Assembly (NCBI GenBank): GCA_951406725.2
Contig: OX597814.1
Coordinates: 44,764,001 to 44,828,000, forward strand
Reading direction: 5' to 3'
Source of the DNA: Octopus vulgaris
Taxonomy: Eukaryota
Length of the DNA stretch: 64,000 nt
Shown here piece after piece: positions 53,690 to 64,000 of this stretch (the stretch's first letter is position 1; every line of letters begins with the position of its first letter). The notes beneath the pieces were generated by a model that worked only from the letters and a program-made list of their open reading frames with translations, searched no databases and had not been told where the DNA came from. Made by a program: the position numbers and the translations under genes.

Positions 53690-55370
53690 TCCACAACGAT
53701 TAGTCCAGGCCATGTCTAACTTAATAGCACCACTTGATAGGATTAGTTAAATCCTTTTTATGTCAAGTTTTGTGGTATCATGGTCAATTCAAGTAGGGGA
53801 TTCTTTGGTAAGTGAGTTATAGATGGTTTATCTGGTATTCCTTGAAGAAATGTGTCCAAATTCCGTTTAAAGTTGATGATATTCTTTCCCTCTTTCGCAA
53901 TGCTGGTAGTATATTTTGCACACCGTACAAATGATGTATCGCTCACCGCGACGCTGGAGAGAATAGAGTTTCAATTTTACATGAATAGAAATGCCATTGC
54001 ATTAAGTTTGGTTAACATGTTTGTTAAGCAATACCATTTGTTTAAGAAATAAACAGAGCATCTATATACATACACGAGCAAAACGCCCCCCGTCCAATGG
54101 GCGGTGCTGAGTTGTCAAACATTTAAACCAAAATTTCTCAAAACAACTTGTCCGACCGTCCCATAGGCCTCTGCTTTGAGAAATACTGATTTAACCTAAA
54201 TTTGAGACACCAGCAAAAGAAGAAATAAAGATAGATTTTTTCTTCTATTCCAAGAAAAACGATTATACAAATGTACGTTCCCACGGCTTTATCGATCGCA
54301 TTCTCACCTGGTATCGATTTTTGTAATTATTTCACAACTTATAATACACGGCCTGATACCGTCGGTATCTACATATCAAATTTGAGCGCAGTTGGATGGA
54401 GGATGCCTGATATCTTAGACGACACACACACAAACAGACAGAACGGATTTTATATAATAGATACGCAATTATACTTATGTATGTATAGAATGTAGATCAC
54501 GTTAAAATCCAAGTTGTCCTCTCAAGCACGTCTGCTTATGTCAGTGTTGTATTATTTCAGTATTCTAAATCTGTATATAATTGATATATTTGTATGGAAT
54601 ATGCACATGAGTCAGATATACTGGGAAATATTTTCAGCAGAGTAATATCAAAACAATGCTTTAAGGCGGTCCCAGTAATCGAGATCAGTCATACTCTTAA
54701 TGCTTTTAGTGAATGATCTTTGGGGTGATTCAATTTACGAAATGTTTTGTTTTGTACGGGGAGATGTGGCCGTACAAAGGAGGAGAAAGGATGTATGATG
54801 ACAACTTGTGCTCTGAAACGGAAGGTTCTTAGGATCCAAGAGCTCCTCTTACATATCATGTCAACCTTATTCTTGATGTGGGCATTCCAACTGAGATTGT
54901 TGTCAACAATTACTCCTATGTCTCTGATATTATTAAATGCTGTGATTGGTTCCCCTGAAGGAAGAGAGTATAGCTGTCTTAGCATAGCCCTTCTTCCACA
55001 ATACATCAGCTTCAAATTTCATTCCTTTAGTTGCATTTTGATTTACTCACAGCATCAGACTGGAGTTCAGTTTGTCTTCTTCATTGATAATTTTCTAGAG
55101 CTTTGATTCATCAGCGAATATTTTTCACTTCGCTGTGTTTTATGACGCTGGAGCGGTCGTTTATTATATAGATTATAAAGAGAACCTGGGTCCAAGACAA
55201 TCCCCTGAGGGACACCACTGGTGATTTTTACTGGGGTCGAGTGGATTCCACCGATCACGACATATGCTCTCTTCTCCAGGAAATACTCAATCCAGAGTAG
55301 TAGTTTTCCACGGATTCTAACATTTGACAGTTTTGTCAGTAGGATATTATGGTCGACTGTGTCGAGGATT
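53690..55370 (-). pseudogene. CR1-like LINE RT remnant, split by an insert at about 53960-54600
   Basis: DTVDHNILLTKL, ITSGVPQGIVLDP, IRDIGVIVDNNLSWNAHI, WILRTFR, VRPHL, FKRNLDTFLQGIPDKP. Confidence 0.85.
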
Positions 55371-56972
55371 ATTTATGGTCCTTGATTACTAGTTTTAAGC
55401 TCTATTGTAAACTGTTTAAGTTTATCTTAATTCGTAGCAAATAGGTTTTATTACTTTCGTTTTAAATAAATTGCTAGCTGCCAATTGCGTTGTATATATG
55501 TCAATTGCTTTGTATATTTATAACCACTTACCATCGATATTTTTTCTTTTTCTTATTCAAAATTATAGTAATGATCACCAAGTCTGTCACTGTCCATAGC
55601 AATGTAATAGGATATCAGATTTCTTTACACCTGATACTCTAAACCCTGCACGACGCGACAACGATGGCTTAAGGTTGATGACTTAAAATAGATGACTTAG
55701 TTCTATAATAATGCTATATTGATCAAAGTCCTTTGTTCCTTTTTCTTTGGCAGTTGATTTTTTTTTTTTTGCGGTTTTGAAGACGATATTGTAGGGTTGC
55801 GGTTCTATATTTTCATTTGAACTATCGATCGAGGGATAAGACTAAGCCATGAAACCACCCAAACGAATATCTTAAACAGTTCTACATCTGAAACAGTTCT
55901 AATTGTGTATAACTCATTATTTCTGCCTATTTTAGGACCTAGTCTTTCTTATTTGCAAAATAACCACCACCACCCCCACCTTAATTTTGCTCAGATCGCT
56001 TTCAATTTTGGTGTATCGATGCAACTCTGGTTACGATCAACCAGTTCCTTTATTTCGTAAATTAAAGAATCTGATATTATTTAGCATTAAGGTTAGGAAA
56101 TTTGGGTAATTTTAGCCAATAAAAAGACATCGTGGCATTAGCAGCTTGTTACCATGACAACCACACGCTGCGTTGTGGTTCACTGTTGTCTGTGCCGGGA
56201 TTGTCTATGTTGATTTTTCTCACTTAATTGTTCAAAACACGAGATTCTTTTCACCCGTGTGTATTGTTTTAATTTTTCTGTATATTAGTATATTACATAT
56301 TTTTCTGTGCTTCTTTCTGTATGTTAATAGTTTTCGGTGCTTTTTTTCTTCGTGTTAGTATTTTAAATACTAAGTTGACCCCCGACTTGGTTGGCTATCT
56401 ACGCCTATTTATACCGAGCACAAACTTGCATGAAGTACAGACGTCTGCGTGTTGTTTAATATACATTTCAAGAAAAACAGCATTCTTATATTCAATAAGC
56501 TTTGTGGCACCCTGGTGGATAACGTAAAACCGCCTATAATTGTATAGTTATATATATTAAATACCAGGGTGACCCACGACTTGACTGGTTATCCACGCCG
56601 GTTATATCGAGCATAAACTTACACGGTGTGCCTGTATGAAGACATGGCTGAGGTGGAAATGTGTGGCAATCATGCATTTCTTAAATGAGAAAGAACTAAC
56701 ACGCCATCGCGATTTTTCCACGTTTCTTTTCAATTGTTTAACGTTAATTGTCACGACAACGAAACTTCTAAGGAAGAAAACGTCCACAAAACCCAACGTC
56801 CAAAGTACATGTGGTGTATATATAAACAATATATAAATATATATATCGTCACGTATGTTTGCCATTTAAATATGGCTAACCCCTAGGGGTGGATGCTACT
56901 TTAGTTTGTAGCCCCAGGAGGACACCTCCTCCAGCTGGCTATAGACACACTTTCTGTGCCCTATCAGTATCT

Positions 56973-57013
<41 letters not shown>

Positions 57014-57108
57014 CCATGGTAAAAAAAATATGTGTAAATTGTTAAAATATAGCTTTCTTAATCGTGCGTGTTTCCCACCCACCACCGAGAAATTAAGTTA
57101 GGATATAA

Positions 57109-57109
<1 letters not shown>

Positions 57110-57181
<72 letters not shown>

Positions 57182-57192
57182 TGTGTGTGTGT
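57110..57192. repeat. (GT)n microsatellite
   Basis: Direct observation. Confidence 0.97.
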
Positions 57193-58789
57193 GCATGTTT
57201 CTTCCAACATGATATTCACTTTTTCAACATTTGGGTTCTTAAGACATTTCTTATTACCTTCATTGTTTTAAAGTATTTTTATTGCCAATTAAGGGGATTT
57301 CCCCCCCCCCAACATTAATTGATGTAAATATAATCAATAATTCAGCATTAATAATATAAGGCGCGTTGCTAATTAAGAACATTTCGAAAAACATATAAGA
57401 TACATGTATTCTTTTTCTTCGGACAAATTCTTTGTTAACAAGTGTTATTCTTACCGTAGTTTACAAATCCAAGCATGAAATTTTAACTCAACTTTGAAGT
57501 CTTTGAGACAGACGCCTCTCCTTCACGCACACACGCACACACACACATGCACTTATATATTAATGATATACACAAATACATGACAGGTTATCATAATACT
57601 GAAACAAGCATAGAGTAAACACATGCAGACAAATATATTGATATTACAAAGTTACAGAAATAATAAAACCATACAATCAATGAAGAGACAAAAGAAACAT
57701 TAAGACGATACATGTTGACTTTATTAGGTATTTCTGTTATCTAGAAACCTACAATGAACAGGTCTAAACTCTAAATTTCAGATGCTAAACTATAAATTTC
57801 TCAGAGTACAGTCTTAAAGTTGACACCGCTCTACAAAACGCAGAAAATTGCTGTCTCGCTATTGGCTAAAAATATACAGTTTTTCCGATTTTTAAACCTC
57901 CGTAAATTTTTTCTCCACAGCATCATACCTTCAAAGCAATGAGACTGGAAGGCTACATTATTATAGTCGATTTTCAGATTTTTTACTGTCTTTTGCGAAT
58001 GAAAAAAACTATACCTATTTTGCATGAATGTGTGTGTGTGTGTGTATTCTTCTCCTTACGGCGTATGTGTGTTCATAACAGACTCACTTCACTTGTACAA
58101 AGGATTTTTTGATACCAGGATTTCTTGATACATGTGTATCTCTCGTTAGTCAATAACATCCTGGACTAATGAATCAATTAAGAACCGAAGGTTCTGTTTA
58201 TAATTTAAGCCAACCAGACTAACGGCGAGTTTGGTAAGGATAGGTTCTAGCAGTCACGTACGTTGTTAGAGAGCAAAGTAATAAAGCATGTGACAGAGTC
58301 TTAAGTGGTCTGAAGAGTCTAGAGGAACATTATCATGTGACACATATATGCACGTAGTGGTGAACTAGACTGAATAAGATGGTTTATTTGGATGTGATTT
58401 ACGTGGATATGAACCGAATAGTACCTGTGAGGGTATTCTACGTGAGAGCAATTCTTATGAAGCCATCATGTATGATGTGCGGTGGACAAGTGCCTTCCAA
58501 GTTGAAGATTCTTTTTTGCGAGGAATCATCAGAAAGATCAGCAACATTGTTGTAGGCGGTGTGGGAGGGTCTTGTAGGTTGTATGACGATAGAAATCATA
58601 TCAGATATTTGAGATGATGGTATATTAGAGATAGCAGCTGACTTATCTTTAATGCAGGTGCCACTTTCTTAATAAGGATTACAAACATTGAATAATATTG
58701 ACAAATATAAATCCGATTATCACAATTGAAATGCTTTTACTTTAAGTTTCTTTCTGCCAGTGCTCATCTAGAACTAAAAAAAAAATTCA

Positions 58790-59232
58790 GAGAGAAATGT
58801 GAGTGCCAAGAATGCTTCTAAAAATTTAGATCCTCCTAAATAATGCAATGGGGCGAGGTTGATTGTGAAGACATTATCACCTAATGTGACAGAAGCTACT
58901 ATAATCACTGGATGTGCCTCTGGCGCAGAGGTTTTCATTCCAAGAATTCCAATAAAGGCAACAGACATGCCATTTGAAGTACAATTCCCAGTGCGACTTT
59001 GCTTTGCAATGACTATTGATAAAGCTCATGGCCAGTCTTTGAAATCTACTGGCTTGCTTTTCTCATGGTTGCTCCAGGGTAGGTGGTTTGTAAGACTTAT
59101 TTGTCTATGCTCCAAACCAGAAAACAAAGTATGTTGTCTACTCAGAAGCTCTTAAGTTGTTTCTTTAGTAGAATTTATCTGTAGTAGAATTTATCTCCTT
59201 TCATAAAAGCGATAAATTTTGTATTTTTCTTA

Positions 59233-59325
<93 letters not shown>

Positions 59326-59492
59326 ATTATTATTATTACTATTACTATTATTTTATATTATGAATTCAGAATCGATTTCTCAATTAAAGAATAAATTGTA
59401 TCCCAATTGAAGAATAAATTAAATTTAGAATAGCAAATTTCTATACAGCATATTTTGCTTCTTCTTCCAATAACGGCGGGTGCCTCTGCTAG
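58790..59492 (+). mobile_element. Helitron 3' portion: PIF1-like helicase C-terminus and CTAG end
   Basis: NLDPPK*CNGARLIVK, EVFIPRIP, QFPVRLCFAMTIDKAHGQSL, FSHG..SRVG; terminus AACGGCGGGTGCCTCTGCTAG|T at 59492. Confidence 0.88.
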
Positions 59493-60419
59493 TGTAACAT
59501 ATAAGATTATTTTATCTTGGAGATAAACAGAATGTATGCATACGTGTTTGTAGAAGGTGATGATTTGTGTCCACATTGGACCGGAATAAACGAAAGTTCG
59601 ACAAAAGAAGGGATTGTTTATCAGTAGGCTGAACATTTCAATAAGTTTCGAGTTATTGTTGTTTGTTTTTGTTTGTTTGCATTAAGTTACTTGGAAGATG
59701 GAACCAAGAGTTGTTACTAAAAACAAGTTTGATACTTATATGTTGTCCATTGATACTTATATGTTGTCCATTGACCTGCGTAGGGTTCTGGAAGATTTGC
59801 ACCCTCTGAAACACCAGTAAGTAGCTGTAGAAAGAAAAGGGCGCAAGATTATGCGACAGCTAAGGCAGCTTCCGTAAACGTTAATTCCTGGACTACATTT
59901 TTGAAGTATCTTAACAGGATCTGTTGAGAAAACTTTTGTGCCTGTGCCTCAAGAGAATACAGTGTCACAAGATCGTATTGTTTTACAAAGGAGATACTTA
60001 GTCCAATTTCTTGTAAGAAATATAACTTTGCTAAAAGCATGCAAAAGACAGGTCAGTTCATGTGCCACATCTGTCGGAACTTCGACTCACGAGTCGTTAA
60101 CAATCTTGGCATTTTTACAATATTTCGTTCCGTCTTTTCTGTTAAATTTGCTTATCAAACATGATGATGTCTACTGCTACAAAAAACACGCGGCGCCAAT
60201 TCGTTAAAATACACGTCTCGACAAACTCTCAGCGAAGAAAGGTTGTCAGATGTGGCACATGAACTGACATGATTCATCTTTAAAGCCATCGTTGTAATCT
60301 TTAAACTCGAACTCATTTTTGACTGTTAGAATATATGTCACTTAAGTCAGAGGTCTCAATGTCTTAGAATAATCATGATTTTAACGTCAAGGTATGCTTC
60401 TGAACCTGAAAAGACGGTC

Positions 60420-60760
60420 AGCGGTGTAATCCTAATCTGTTTCAAAATGTGTAGGTGTTTCAACTGCCTTAGGGCAGAAGTTGTATATTGATTTTAATTT
60501 GTTATTACTATCTCTCAAGCGACTGCAACTTTGAAGTAACCCTATTGTAGATCCAATTTAATGAAACAATTGCTTTCATTCATTTTCAGAAAATAGGTTT
60601 TCTGCAATGAGCAGAAGATACTAGCTTTCCTTTAAGTGCAATTATAAAGCCATGGAGTAATCAGCTCGGAAACAGAACATTTCCACTGGGATTCTTCATT
60701 ATGTCAATATTCTCAGCTCAAGATAGCTGATTCATGGATTTTATATTATCAAGATTTATC
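60420..60760 (-). pseudogene. Very old Gypsy-type RT trace
   Basis: IMKNPSGNV, ADYSMAL, YLL.IAENLF, CFIKLDLQ*GYFKV across frames resemble VKKPNG..ADFS.GLN..YPLP..F.KLDL..GY.Q. Confidence 0.5.
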
Positions 60761-61899
60761 AGTTCATTTCTACTTTGCTTTCAATGCAGCAAGTAAAATG
60801 TTTCTAGATTTATATACTGGTTTAGCTGAAGTACAGCGTTATGATGCTTGTGAAATTGTGTTGTATAAGATACCGTCGTGACGCGTATTTTTACGAATTG
60901 GCGCCGAATGTTTCTTGTAGCGGTTAATGTCATGTTTGAGTAATTGACGTCAAATCGATCGTTTAAAGGCCTTTTTGAAGAGTTCAATAAGTCTTTCAAT
61001 ATGTTCTTAGGAAACTGACCGATTGATACCACAAAACGACAATTGAAAAGAACACTTATTCACACACAAACTTATATACCGGCTGCGGCTCTTCTTTGGA
61101 TGTTTTCTCTCTTTGCGACTCCGTTTTCGTTTTATATGTTTTCACTTTTCAATTTCTTGTTCTCACCTCACCATCCGAACTTCAATTCACGAGTCGTTAA
61201 CAATCTTGGCGTTTTTACAATATTGCGTTCCGTGTTTTCTTTTAAATTTGCTAATCTTATCAAACATGATGACGCCAACTGCTACAAAAAACACGCGGCG
61301 CCAATTCGTTAAAACACGCGTTACGACAAACTCTCAGCGACGAAAAGTTGTCAGATATGGCACATTAACTGACAACAAACTTATTTTTAAAAATATTTCA
61401 TTTTCTCTAAATTTATCTACTCTCTAACTTTGTCCAATCTTATGGCTTCTTCCTCCTGTTTCCTTTCCACATCCTGCTGAAGTATGCGATCTAGATCAAG
61501 AATTTTCAACCGACGCCTCCCCTAACTCCTACGATTTCTTTGTCTGAAGAGATAGGTAGTTCTTCTTCAAATTGGTCTTTATCAAAGGTACTATCTGCCA
61601 ACATATCTGAAGGCTTGGTATCACTTGAAAGCAGTTAATCCTCGGCAAGGTCTTCCAGAGAAGTTTTATCAGAGAGCAAAGAATACCCATCTGGATTGGT
61701 GGTGCTTAAGAAGACATGTGTTAATGCTACATTAGATGTGTCTGATTCTTTCTCATCCATGTTGTCTGTAGTATGTTCACTTTTAATAATATCTTCAGTA
61801 GATTGGTTTTCTTCCAGATAGTTCTCTTCACAGAAAGCCTCAATGTTTACCAAGGCAGCTAGATGTTCTGATTTCTCTTCACTTCCTTCGGTACTTTGA

Positions 61900-62710
61900 T
61901 GATTTTCCTCACTTTTCAGAGCCTTTGCACTTGCATCGTAAACATCTCACAATCTTGTGTGTACTGGTTTGCTTCAGTACAAGATGGTGTATTAAATAAT
62001 GAACCTTCTCGGTTACTTCTTTCGAGGCTTCTTCAATATTTCCCACGCGAATTTGATTTTCAAAGAATTCGTCATATTCCTTGAATAGTTTTTGGTCTGA
62101 TGTCAGTCGTTGATAAAGCTGTTTCAAAAGATTGATAGTCAATCCACGATTAGTAGGTAATTTCGGGTAGCGCGGTTTCCAGAGGTATTGAACTTAAAAT
62201 CTACCTGTGATTTCATTGAAACGAATAGTAGTCATCAGATATTTGCGGCTTGTCCACGATCCACAAAATTTCTAGCTTCCATAGACTTCTGCAACTCAGT
62301 GTTAAAATTTTCCTCACTACTTGGGCATTTCCTTTCTGTAATTCTGTTTCCAAAAAGGTGTTGCAAGGACTTTTTTTTTTGGCAATTATTTTCCTGAGCG
62401 GTTGGGGATTTTCATTGGTCGATCAGATGCTTCTCAGCTGCCTTTGCAATTCGCGTTTAATAGTTGCATTTTACCCGTAGCGCTCTTTCAAAAGTTCACT
62501 TGCGAGCTCAAAGATTTTAGCCATTATATTCAAACCACCGATCGTTTCTTTTGTTTCACCTTTGATCAAACCGTACAAATAACTGAACTTCTGAACTTTA
62601 GGTAGCTCGTATTCGGAAGCGTCATGAACTGCTGATTTCAAAAGTAACTAAATAGTTGGCCATTCGAGTTGGTCGCCATTGAAAGTTCGTAATCGTATCT
62701 CCGGTAAGCT
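61900..62710 (-). pseudogene. BEL/Pao LTR retrotransposon relic (gag DUF1759-like region plus RT N-terminal region)
   Basis: PEIRLRTFNGDQLEWPT...SAVH; LFKEYDEFFENQIRVGNIEE...VHYLIHHLVLK. Confidence 0.8.
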
Positions 62711-62735
62711 TATTCAGGTCGCAGACTGACATAAT

Positions 62736-62990
62736 AAAATAATAAATGCGCCCTTTTAAAGCCTAGCCTGGGTCATGGGCCCGGCTTCTCGGTTTATATG
62801 GCGTATGTGTTCCCCAGTTGGACGGGACGCCAGTCCATCACAGCGTTGCTCATTTTTGCCGACTGAGTGGACTGGAGCAACGTGAAATAAAGTGTTTTGC
62901 TCAAGAACACGTCGCCAGGTCCAGAAATCGAAACCACAATCTTACGATCATGGTGCTGACACCCTAACCACTAAGCCTCGCGCCTCCACA
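62736..62990 (-). mobile_element. tRNA-headed SINE (CORE-like) with a 14-bp target-site duplication
   Basis: CAGACTGACATAAT at 62722-62735 versus CAGACTGATATAAT at 62991-63004; tRNA-like head GTGGAGGCGCGAGGCTTAGTGGTTAGG. Confidence 0.85.
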
Positions 62991-63718
62991 CAGACTGATA
63001 TAATGCTTCAGAAAAATAATGTATCTCCGTATATACCAGTTGTACTGATTCTTTCCGAAGTCTTCTTGAGTAGCTAATGAATATGCATCGTTTATATGCT
63101 GATTAAGAAATATAATCATATTCTCAACATTGTAATTTCGTCGATGGTTACCATGAAAGAAACTTGTAATCATCTTGAGACACATCTTTAGTTGGGTATG
63201 ACAATGCCATTCTGATCATAATCAATTGTTGGACTCATCTAGATTGATTGTGCTATGTCACGCTAAGTCTTTCTATCTGAAACAAGCATAAAAGGCAATA
63301 TTGTATCTAGATACAATTCTTAGTTGTTAAGTATTCCGTTCAGGATATATACATCCTGTGGTAGTTGAAGCCCGGAAGAAAGATTTAAGTAATACAATTG
63401 AGCGCAATATTCAAAATTCCTCACAATCGTATTCTGAATTTGAAAGGTGATGAACGATTCCTTAAGATGTGTTTAGCAGAAAACGAGAATTGAATTTAGA
63501 GAATCTACATAGATTTCTCCTTTACGACTTGCTGGTAGGGATGTATTTAGGAAGGGTACAAAACAGAAACGAAAGTTTATCTTTGTTTTAATAGTACGTC
63601 GCAAGCATGCTATATTTGATGCTTAGTTGGCCAATACCACATCAGTTATGTTTAACTATTTCATGCGTTCTCAACCTATTTTGTGTCCATGTAGTGTTAA
63701 CAGTAGAGTATATATGCC

Positions 63719-63779
<61 letters not shown>

Positions 63780-63835
63780 TGATGGAAAACACTCGGCGAG
63801 AAACGGAAGAAAATTTGAAGAAAGAAGGAAAAAAC

Positions 63836-63882
<47 letters not shown>

Positions 63883-64000
63883 CATAATAATAATAATCCG
63901 TTCTACTATAGGCACAAGGCCTGAAATCTAGGGGAACGGGGTTAATCGATTACATCGACACCAGTGCTCATTTTATCGACCCTGAAATGGTGAAAGGCAA
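63719..64000 (-). repeat. (AAT)n tracts plus the 3' part of a family B SINE running off the window
   Basis: AAT runs at 63719-63897; minus strand TTGCCTTTCACC...GGGTCGATAAAA. Confidence 0.75.

Noticed and set aside
58305-58385. CUGAAGA-GUCUAG...CUAGAC-UGAAU
   Set aside because: The GAAA box is broken and stems I and III cannot be formed.
59729-59774. 21-bp tandem duplication (also the 22-bp pair near 17187-17234)
   Set aside because: Ordinary slippage duplications with no further structure.

Overview
AT-rich eukaryotic (animal) DNA saturated with microsatellites and decayed transposable elements. The SINE families look like those of octopus; that is inferred from memory, not from a search. 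I found no supportable host gene exon, tRNA or rRNA, and most ORF-track entries are microsatellite translations. Recognisable relics: Ty3/Gypsy (two), BEL/Pao, CR1-like (two), L1/Tx1-like (three), Penelope-like elements (one RT, one GIY-YIG), a Dong/R4 3' end, a Helitron helicase end, a full-length mariner nested in a Tc1 relic, other mariner pieces, and three tRNA-derived SINE groups. The main signal is a dense set of about a dozen intact or degenerate type I hammerhead ribozyme (HHR) motifs. They lie in short non-coding, often fold-back, elements abutting (TA)n tracts, in the same window as two Penelope-like relics. One 590-bp palindrome carries hammerhead motifs of both polarities in each arm. 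Separately, one SINE forms head-to-tail multimers with an identical hairpin junction at three loci. All alignments and folds were done by eye.
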